DNA of 63,779 nt, filler included, from Reclinomonas americana ATCC 50394 (Eukaryota), in assembly GCA_048213135.1 (NCBI GenBank). It is 4 parts of 3 records of this genome, joined end to end, with 100 filler letters (N's around TTAATTAATTAA, not from the genome) between each part and the next. Parts side by side here need not be neighbours in the genome. Positions count along the whole stretch, not along the records: positions 53,613 to 63,779 come from PS015184.1; 3 more parts are not named here. One strand, given 5' to 3'. The notes beneath the pieces were generated by a model. That model worked only from the letters and a program-made list of their open reading frames with translations, was not told where the DNA came from and searched no databases. Of this stretch, positions 53,613-63,779 are shown piece by piece. Position numbers and translations under genes: made by a program. Within the stretch, counting starts at the first letter, position 1. Every line of letters starts with the position of its first letter.

Positions 53613-53732
53613 TGTCGATCATTCGCGGTGAGACGCACATGCACAGCGACACAAACAACAACCGCACACAAGCACAAGCACACGAATGCACACACAGACA
53701 CCAACCACGCAAAAGTGCGCACACATACACAC

Positions 53733-53744
53733 ATTTGTTGTCAT
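53733..53744 (-). CDS. First micro-exon (MTTN) of a further WD40 copy cut off by the contig edge
   Basis: ATGACAACAAAT|GTGTGT followed by an intron homologous to those of the other copies. Confidence 0.65.
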
Positions 53745-55810
53745 TCTCCGTGCGCGTGTGTGTGTGTGATTTGCTCGCTCTGGATTGTCACCGTTTCCCG
53801 CCTTTCTTCTCCCGCCTAGCTCTGAGACGTCGTCCATCCCTCGCCACGCTGCAACCAGCACCCCACACAACACACAGTAGTTGGCTCCGATGATGCGCGT
53901 GATCTTTCGAAGACCGACATGAGGCTCGTCGATGCGAAATTGGCAGAATGGACATGCTGGTGGTGGTGGCACAAGGTGGCGCTCCACTCCACCATGCTGC
54001 TGTCCAGCAACACTCCCATTCGACTGACCAGCATTCTCTCTCAGTGAGGACTGGAGCGCTGGGCTGTTTGGATGCGCAGCTGTGGTCCTGTTGTGCTGAT
54101 GCACGGCACACCCGAGAATCCATGGAGTTCCGAGTCGTAGATACCTCACACCTCCTTGGATCGGCCCACAGCAAGGCTGATTAGGGGCACACGAGGATGG
54201 AACAATGAAGAAGGAGAGTCAAAAGGAACAGGAGAGGAACGACCAGCACAGTAGCACGTGCACAGCGATGGACGAGGCAGCTGTGATAGTGAGGCTCGCC
54301 TCCTCTCACCCAATTGCAAGTCACAGTCAATGCCTCGCGCCTTCAATCACACTCACAGTCGGTCGGTGCATTATCTCATGCATGCACTGTGTGGCACGGA
54401 ACCACGTGTCTTCGCATGCCAGTGACGAGTCACTTGCCAGCACGCCTGTCACACAGAATTGAGTCAGCAAATCTCCAATCTCACCAACTTACTCCTCAAC
54501 GCAGATGCAGAACACGTACGCACCAGGCCACGCGCGCGTCTGCAGTCTCCCATGGCCATCACCATCATTACTTGGCGGCGACAGCAGCAACCAAGAAGCG
54601 CACATCATCGATTCGCTCCGACTCGCCAGCCGGGATTGAAAACGATGCACCGACCAGGCCATCCATCGCACATCACGACACACATGTGTACATCCACCCA
54701 GCCACGCTCTCCATGGCATGCACGGCCTTCATGAATGAGGTAAGTGGAAGGGAAGGAGGAAAGAGAGATCAAGACGAACAAGGCCACACACCTGCTTCGT
54801 GCATGGTGGGATGCGAGCGGGGAGCCGACTGAGTGAGGTGATACCGAGTAACGGGCGAGGCACAGCACGTCTGCAATCATTACGGAACGACGAGGAGCAC
54901 GTGCCTCCAAGGTGTCTGCATGTCGGTGCGCAGTGAGCAAAAGGAACGGAGGAAGGAGAGAGAGATCTGCTCTGTCTCAACGACGAACACACCGATCAGC
55001 ATCTGATATCAACACGCGGTTTTGTCAAGAGGCAAGGCGACGGACGGTTCTGCACACACATCCATCCTACGAGAGAGAGAGAGAGAAAGAAAGAGAGAGA
55101 GAGAGAGAGAGAGCAGAGTCAGCATGCAGTCATGCCACTTCGGCATCGACATGCTCCCCATGATGGACTGGCAATCGATGGCAATCGGAACACGGTGAGC
55201 GGACCAGCAGCTCGACCTCGAGCGTGTGCGGCAAAGAGGGGTGGATGACTGGGGAAGCAGATGAGCGCACAAAGGAGAGAGGTGGCGGAGAAAGAGAGAA
55301 TCAACAAAGGACAGAAAAGAGGAAGAGGGGAAAGACATGCATTCTTCAGAGACGGAAGGAGAACATCCGCGGCGCACATGTAAACACTGAGACTGAGAGT
55401 AGTGGCGCCAAGGAGGCATGCATAAAACAAGACGCGAGGGAATAATCATCAGTGACTCGCTTTCCCGAGGCACATGCATACACGACTAAAGATGCACGCA
55501 CAAAGAGACGAAAAAGAGCAAGAGACTCCCAAGTGATCCGTCGAGCTTGCACACAAAATAGAGGTGAGAAAGAGACACGCACACAGAGAGAGACATGCTT
55601 CACGACCGCACAATACACATTCACGTGCACATGACAGGGCAACAAGCACAGAGAACAATTCTGCATCATCCACGTCGACTTCTCTGTCCTCTGTCATCCT
55701 CTCTTCCCCGACCTGCACCCCGCACAACCACCCGCACTCCCGCGCAAGACACGAAAAAACAACTCACGATCGCCAGCAGCCACCGCTCTCCCTTCCTTCG
55801 ACTCACCGAC

Positions 55811-56998
55811 TCAGCATCGGAAAAGGACGACCTCGGCATCTTCGACGATGAAACAGCGCAGAACCAGCTCGGGAAGGCATCTTGAATCTTCTTCTTCCTC
55901 CAGCATGTCCTGCACAGCCCGCATGGCCGAGCGCGCGGCGTCGAGTTCAAGGCGGGCGAGGCCACGCGGCGTGGACCACACTCGCACCGTCTTGTCCTTG
56001 CCACCGGCGCTCACAATGTGCTGACCATCGGGAGAGACGGCCACAGACGATACCCATGAAGTGTGTCCCTCCAACCGTCGCACTTCCTCGCCACTCGCCA
56101 GAGACCACACCCGCACGGTGTTGTCCCCACCCGCACTCACGACATGCTGACCGTCGGGAGAGACGGCGATTGATTGTACGAATGCAGTGTGTCCCTCGAA
56201 ACGTCGCACTTGGTCTCCACTCATCAGCGACCACACTCGCAGGGTGCGGTCCGCACTTCCACTAACAATGTGCTGACCATCAGGAGTAACAGCGACAGAG
56301 TGCACCCATCCAGTGTGTCCCGCCAACCGTCGCACCTCCTCCCCACTCGCCATCAACCACACTCGCACGGTGTTGTCTCCACCGCCGGTCACTATGTGCT
56401 GACCATCAGGAGTGATGGCGACTGACCACACATATCCAGTGTGTCCTTCCAGCCATCGCACCTCCTCCCCACTCGCCAGAGACCACACTCTCACTGTGGT
56501 GTCCCAGCTCCCACTGACAATGTGCTGGCCATCTGGAGTAACAGCGACAGACCACACCTTAACATCGTGTCCCTCCAACCGTCGCTCTTCATCGCCACTC
56601 GCCAGCGACCACACACGTACTGTTTTGTCTTGGCCCCCACTGATAATAAGCTGACCATCATTTGTGACGGCGACAGAGTTCACCCCACCAGCGTGTCCCT
56701 CCAGCCGTCGCACTTCGTCGCCACTCGCCAGAGACCACATTCGAATGATTGCGTCCACACACCCACCAACAATGTGCTTGCCATCGGGAGTGACGGCGAC
56801 TGACTGCACCACAGCGAGACTCTGAATGATCTGTGTCGATCACTCGCGATGAGACGCACACACAACATCAACTTTCGAAGACATGCACAACAACACAAAG
56901 CACACAAACGACAACCGCACACGATGCACAAGCATACGAATGAACGCACAGACACCAACCACGCAAAAGTGCGCACACATTCACACCTTTGTTGCCAT
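55811..56998 (-). CDS. WD40-repeat protein, 7 repeats + conserved C-terminal tail
   Basis: Exon 1 56998-56987 (MATK) and exon 2 56830-55811, with GH..V.SVAVTPDGQHIVSG..D.TVRVW repeats. Confidence 0.92.
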
Positions 56999-59176
56999 TC
57001 CGTGTGTGTGATTTGCTCGCTCACGATTGTCACCGTTTCCCGCCTTTCTTCTCCCGCCTTGCTCCAAGACGCCATCCATCCCTCGCCAGGCTGCGTCCAG
57101 CACCTCACACAACAGACGGTAGTGTGTGAACGATGTGGCTCCGATGATGCGTGTGGGATTTTGAAGACCGATATGAGCCTCGTCGATGCGCAATCGGCAA
57201 AATGGACATGCTGGTGGTGACGACACAAGGTGGCGCTCCACTGCACCGTGCTGCTGTCCAGCGACACTCTCTTTCGACTGACTTGCATTCTCAATCAACG
57301 AGGATCCGCATGTCGTGCTGCTTGGATACGCAGATATGGCTCTGTTGTGTTGATGCCACGGCACACACGAGAATCAATTGTGCAGCGAGTTAGCGACACC
57401 TCACACCTCCTTGGCTCGGCCCACAGCGAAGCTGACGAGGTGCACGTCATGATGGTACGATGAAGAGGGAGAGTCACAGGGGACAGGAGAGGAGCGACCA
57501 GTACAGTAGCACAGCGATGGAAGAGGCAGCGCTGTCGTGAGACTCGCCTCCTCTCACCCAAGTCACAATCGATGCCTCATGCCTTCAATCACACTCACAG
57601 TCGGCCGGTGCATTGTCTCATGCATGCACTGTGTGGCACGGAACCACGTGTCTTCATGCCAGTGACGACTCACTTGCCAGCACGCCTGTCGCACAAAATT
57701 GAGTTAGTCAATCTCCAAGTCTCACCAACTTACTCCTCAACGCAAATGCAGAACACGTACGCACCAGGCCGCGCGCGCGTCTGCAGTCTCCCATGGCCAC
57801 CGTATCATTACCTGGCAGCAACCAAGAAGCGCACATCATCGATCCGCTCTGACTTGCCAACCGGGATCGAGAACGATCCACCGACCAGGCCACCCATCGG
57901 GAAACACGACACGCATGTGTCCACCCATGAGTAGATTGCCGAGCACGCGTCTGCAGTCTTCCATGACCACCAGCGTCATCACTCGACAGAGACGGCGGCA
58001 ACCAAGGTGCGCACATCATCGATCCGCTCCGACTTGCCAGCCGGGATTTAAAAGGATCCACTGACCAGGCCATCCATCGCACAGCACGGCACGCAGGTGT
58101 ACAGCCACCACGCCACACCCTCCATGACATGCACGGCCTGCATGAATGAAGTGAGTGGGAGAAAGAGGAAAGAAAGATCACGCCGAACAAGGCCACACCT
58201 GCTGAGTGCATTGGTGGGATGCGAGTGGGGAGCCGAGTGAGTGAGGTGACGGTCGACAACGGGTAATGCACAGCACGCCTGTCATCGCCACGACATGCTT
58301 TCTATGGTCTCTGCATGTCGGTACACTGTGAGCAAAAGGAATAGAGGAAGGAGAGATATCTGCTCTGTCTCACGTGACGAACACACCGATCAGCATCTGA
58401 TACCAACACGCGTTTGTCAAGAAGCAAGCCAAGAGATGCTCACACAACCATCCTGCAAGGGAGAGAAGGAGCAGAGTCAGTATGCAGGTATGCCACCTCA
58501 CACACTTCGGCATCGGGAAGCTCACCATGATGGACTGGCAGGATGGCAATCGGAACACGGTGAGCAGACCAGCAGCTCGACCTCGAGCGTGTGCGGCAAG
58601 GGGGGCGGATTACTGGGGAATCAGATGAGCGCACAAAGGCAGGGAGATGGCGGAGAAAGAGATAGACTCTGCAGGAGGCAGGAAAAAGAGAGCTGAAAGA
58701 CAGGCATCCTGCAGAGACGGAAGGAGAATGTCCACGGCGCACGTGCACAATGGGAAGCAGAGTATAGCGGTGCCAAGGAGGTGCGAAAAACAAGACGCGA
58801 GGGAAACAGACAACGGCGACTCGCCCTCCTGAGGCACACACATGCACGAATAAGATGCACGCACAACAGACATCACAACGAGACAAAAGAACACAACAGA
58901 CTCCCAAGTGATTCATCGAGCTTGCACACAAAATGGAGGTGAGAAAGAGACACGTAAACAGAGGGAGACGTGCTGCACTACCTCTCTCTCACTCACATGT
59001 TAGGGCACCAAGCACAGAGAACAATTCTGCGTCATCAACAACGAACTCTCTCCTCTCCTCTGTCATCCTCTTCCCCCTCCTGCACCTCGCACAACCACCC
59101 ACTCTCCCTCGCAAGACACGAAAAAACAACTCATATTCTCCAGCAGCCACCTTCTCCCTCCCTTCGACTCACCTTC

Positions 59177-60082
59177 TCAGCACCGAAAAAGGACGACCTC
59201 GGCATCCTCGATGATGAAACAGCGCAGAACCAGCTCGGGAAGGCATCGTGAATCTACTTCTTCCTCCAGCATCTCCTGCACGGCGTGCATGGCCGAGCGC
59301 GCGGCGTCGAGTTCGAGACGAGCGAGGCCACGCGGTGTGGACCACACTCTCAGGGTCTTGTCGTAGCCACCCGCACCCACAATGTGCTGACCATCGCGAG
59401 AGACGGCAACAGATATCACCAGGTGCGTGAGTCCCTCCAACCGCCGCACTTCCTCGCCACTCTCCAGAGACCATACCCGCACGGTGCTGTCCTCGCTCCC
59501 ACTCACGACATGCTGACCATCGGGAGAGACGGCCACACACGACACCCATCCGGTGTGTCCCTCCAACCATCGCTCTTCCTCGCCACTCTCCAAAGACCAT
59601 ACCCGAATGGAGCTGTCCCCGCTCCCGCTCACGATGTGCTGTCCATTTGGGGTGACGGCGACAGACGACACCCAGTCAGTGTGTCCCTCCAGCCGCAGCA
59701 CCTCCTCCCCACTCGCCAGCGACCACACACGTACTGTGTTGTCTCCATCCCCACTCACAATGTGCAGGCCATCGGGAGTGACGGCGACAGACAACACCTC
59801 GCCAGCGTGTCCCCCCAGCCGTCGCACTTCTTCTCCACTCGCCAAAGACCACACTCGAACGGTGCTGTCCAAGCACCCACCGACAATGTGCTTGCTATCG
59901 GGAGTGACGGCGACGGACCGCACCGAAGAAGCGAGACTCTGAATGATCTGCGTCGATCATTCGCGGTGAGACGCACACACACAAACACACAAACGACAAC
60001 CGCACACATGCACGAGCACACGAATGCACGCACAGACACCAACCACGCAAAGGTGCGCATACATTCACACCTTGGTTGTCAT
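59177..60082 (-). CDS. WD40-repeat protein, 5 repeats + conserved tail
   Basis: Exon 1 60082-60071 (MTTK) and exon 2 59947-59177. Confidence 0.9.
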
Positions 60083-62265
60083 TCTCCTGTTTGTGTGTGA
60101 GTGTGTGATTTTGCTCTCGCTCCGGATTGTCACCGTTTCCCGCCTTTCTTCTCCCGCCTTGCTCCGAGACGTCCCGCATCCCTCGCCAGGCTGCAATCAG
60201 CACCCCACACAGCATGCGGTAGTGTGTGAACAATATGGCTCCGATGATGCGTGCGGGCTTTCGAAGACCAACATGTACATGGGACTCGTCGATGGGAAAT
60301 CGGCAAAATGGACATGCGAGGTGGTGGCACGAGGTGAAGCTCCGCTGCACCGTGCTGCTGTTCAGCGACACTCTCTTTCTACTGCCCTGCATTCTCTCTC
60401 AACGAGGACTGGCATGTCATGCTGCTTGGATACGCAGTTGTGGCCCTGGTGTGCTGATGCCACGCCACACCCGTGATTCAATTGAGCAGCGAGTCTTCGA
60501 AACCGCACACCTCCTTGGATCGGCCCACAGCGAAGCTGACGAGGTGCACGTCATGATGGTACGACGAAGAGGGAGAGTCACAGGGAACAGGAGAGGAGAG
60601 ACCAGCACAGCAGATCAGCGATGGACGAGGCAGCTGCTCACAATCAATGCCTCGTGCCTTCAATCACACTCACAGTCGGTCGGTGCATTGTCTCATGCAT
60701 GCACTGTGTGGCACGGAACCACGTGTCTTCGCATGCCAGTGACGAGTCACTTGCCAGCACGCCTGTCACACAGAACTGCGTCAGCAAATCTCCAATCTCA
60801 CCAACTTACTCCTCAACGCAGAAGCAGAACACGCACGCACCAGGCCACGCGCGCGTCTGCAGTCTCCCATGGCCATCACCATCAGTACTTGGCGGCGACA
60901 GCAGCAACCAAGAAGCGCACATCATCGATCCGCTCTGACTTGCCAACCGGGATCGAGAACGATCCACCGACCAGACCACCCATCGGGAAACACGACACGC
61001 ATGTGTCCACCCATGAGTAGATTGCCGAGCACGCGTCTGCAGTCTTCCATGGCCACCAGCATCATCACTCGACAGAGACGGCGGCAGCCAAGGTGCGCAC
61101 ATCATCGATCCGCTCCGACTTGCCAGCCGGGATTTAAAAGGATCCACTGACCAGGCCACCCATCGGGAAACACGACACGCAGGTGTACACCCACTCAGCC
61201 ACGCTCCCCATGGCTGCACGAATGGGGTGAGTGAGAGGGAAGGAGGAGAGATAGGTTACGACGCGAACAAGGCCACACACCTACTGAGTGCATGGTGGGA
61301 TGTGGATGGGGAGCCGAGTGACAGCCGGCGATGGGCGATGCACAGCACGTCTGACATCGTCACGAAACAACAACGAGGAGCACGTGTTTCCAAGGCGTCT
61401 ACATGTCGGTGTACAGTGAGCAAAAGAATGGAGGAAGGAGAGAGATATCTGCTCTGTCTCAACGACGAAACACACCGATCAGCATCTGATGCCAACACGC
61501 GGTTGGTCAAGAGGCAAGCCAAGGGACGGTTTTGCACGCACAATCATCCCGGCAAGGGAGAGGGAGAGTAGAGTCAGCATGCAGGTATGCCACCTCACAC
61601 ACTTCGGCATCGGGAAGCTCACTATGATGGACTTGCAGGATGACAGTCGGCGCATCATGAGCGGACCAGCACGTTCGGCCTCGCAAGTGTATGGGAAGGA
61701 GGGGCGTATTACTGGTGAAGATCATGAGCGCACAAGGAGAAAGTGTGTGAGAGAAAGAGACTCTGCAAGGGACACAAAGGGAGGAACGAAATGACTGGCA
61801 TCCTGCAGAGCCGAAAGGAGAATGTCCACGGCGCACAGGCACAATGGGAAGCAGAGTATAGAGGTGCCAAAGTGGTGCGCAAAAGAAGACGCGAGGAAAT
61901 AAACAACGGTGACTCGCTCTCATGAGGCACGTATATCAGCGACGAAAGATGCACGCACAACAGACATCACAACGAGACGAAAAAGAAATCACAGACTCCA
62001 ATTGATTCATCTCGCTCGCATACACAAACGGAGGTGAGAAAGAGGCAAGCATGCAGAGGAAGACGTGCTCCACGCCGCACAATCACACTCTCATTCACAT
62101 GACAGGGCAACAAGCACAGAGAACAATTCTGCATCATCCACGTCGACTTCTCTCCTCTCGTCAGTCATCCTCTCTTCTTTGCATGATCACCCGCACCCCC
62201 ACACAAGACACGAAAACAAACTCACAATCACCAGTAGCCACCTTTCCTCCCTTCGACTCACCAAC

Positions 62266-63446
62266 TCAGCACCGAAAAAGGACGACCTCGGCATCCTCGA
62301 CGATGAAACAGCGCAGAACCAGCTCGGGAAGACATCGTGAATCTACTTCTTCCTCCTGCATCTCCTGCACAGCCTGCATGGCCGAGCGCGCAGCGTCGAG
62401 TTCGAGATGAGCGAGGCCACGCGGCGTAGACCACACTCGCACGGTCTCGTCGTAGCCACCCGCGCTCACAATGTGCCGACCATCGGGAGAGACGGCCACA
62501 GACGACACCCATGAAGTGTGTCCCTCCAACTGTCGTACTTCCTCCCCGCTCGCCAGAGACCACATCCGAATTGTGCCGTCTCCGCTTCCACTAACAATGT
62601 GCTGACTGTCGGGAGTGATGGCGACAGACTGCACCCATCCAGTGTGTCCCTCCAACCGTCGAACTTCTTCCCCACTCGTCAGTGACCATACCCGCACGGT
62701 GCTGTCCTCGCTCCCACCTACAATGTGCTCACTGTCCGGGGTGACAGCGACGGACATAATCGTACTGGTGTGTAGACATCCCTTCAGCCATCGCACCTCC
62801 TCACCGCTCTGCAGTGACCACACCCGCACAGTGTTATCTCCACCGCCACTCACGATGTGTTGACAATCGGGAGTGACGGCAACAGATGTAACCCATCCAG
62901 TGTGTCCTGCTAATCGTCGCGCCTCCTTTCCACTCGCCAACGACCATACCCGCACTGTGTAATCGTAGCTGCCGCTGATGATGTGCTTACCATCGGGGGT
63001 GACGGCGACAGACGCCACCGCACTGGTGTGTCTCATTTGCCGTCGTACCTCCTCCCCATTCGCCAGCGACCACACTCGAACTGTGTTGTCATAGCTGCCA
63101 CTGACAACGTGGTGGCCATCAGGAGTGACGGCAACAGAGTACACAATGTGAGCGTGTCCATCCAGCCGTCGCACTTCTTCTCCGCTCGCCAGAGACCACA
63201 TTCGAACGGTACTGTCCTCACATCCACCGACAATGTGTTCGCCATCGGGAGTGACGGCGATGGATCGCACCGCAGCGAGACTCCGAATGATCTGTGCCGA
63301 TCACCCGCAGTGAGACGCACGCAGCAGCAATCAAAGACAACATAACAACACAAGAACAACAACCGCACACACGCACGAGCACACGAATGCACGCACAGAC
63401 ACCAACCACGCAAAAGTGCGCACACATTCACCACCTTTGTTGCCAT
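62266..63446 (-). CDS. WD40-repeat protein, 7 repeats + conserved tail
   Basis: Exon 1 63446-63435 (MATK) and exon 2 63291-62266. Confidence 0.92.
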
Positions 63447-63779
63447 TCTCCGTACGTGTGTGTGTGTGTGTGTGTGTGCGATTTGCTCGCTCGGGATTGT
63501 CACTGTTTCCCGCCTTTCTTCCCGCCTTGCTCTGAGACGTCGTTCATCCCTCGCCAGGCTGCAACCAGCACCCCACGCATCATGCGGTGTGTGTGAGCGA
63601 TGCGGTTCCGATGATGCGCGTGATCTTTCGAAGACCGACATGAGGCTCGTCGATGCGAAATTGGCAGAATGGACAAGCAGGGTGGTGGCTCGAGGTGGCG
63701 CTCCACTGCATCGCGCTGCTGTCCAGCGACACTCTCCTTCGACTGCCCTTCATTCTCTCTCAACGAGGACTGGCATGTC

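Larger units (their letters stand above)
53613..63779. repeat. Tandem array of ~3.1-3.4 kb units, each a WD40 gene plus a conserved ~2.1 kb spacer; runs to both ends of the visible segment
   Basis: Homologous start codons at 53744, 56998, 60082 and 63446. The spacers align with one another throughout. Confidence 0.95.

Noticed and set aside
56981-57364. CPFCR RING-like ORF upstream of the WD40 genes
   Set aside because: The frame is broken by different indels among the four copies and the N-terminal RING ligands are absent. Treated as non-coding spacer.
55811-63291. 126-nt periodic repeats as a CRISPR array or diversity-generating retroelement target
   Set aside because: They are coding WD40 repeats. 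There is no repeat-spacer structure, and no reverse transcriptase or template repeat is visible in the window.

Overview
Eukaryotic DNA from an intron-dense, GC-rich, microsatellite-rich genome, probably a protist; I cannot name the taxon. It uses the standard genetic code and mostly 60-100 nt GT-AG introns. The window is four separate contigs joined by artificial N44-TTAATTAATTAA-N44 linkers (27522, 48057, 53557), so gene order across those points carries no information. About 23 tightly packed genes were traced by hand: a Kelch/pseudo-calpain/EF-hand protein, UBAC1-like, a tandem GT77 glycosyltransferase, a MYST acetyltransferase, an isochorismatase, a large type-I surface protein, a GATA factor, a PWWP protein, an ADP-ribosylglycohydrolase, two tandem ketoacyl-CoA reductases, ELP3, CCDC77-like, a DDX60-like helicase, MRPL45, an F-box/LRR protein and a tandem WD40 array. 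Two signals stand out. (1) A second, abundant class of 5' splice sites, H|GTTGCG, equal to the ordinary donor with one extra T and never seen after an exonic G. This suggests routine shifted or bulged U1/U6 pairing. (2) A ~3.2-kb tandem array of WD40 genes with hypervariable surface positions, variable repeat number and a constant SOCS-box-like tail, a candidate diversifying receptor or ubiquitin-ligase adaptor repertoire. All exon structures are manual inferences without transcript data.
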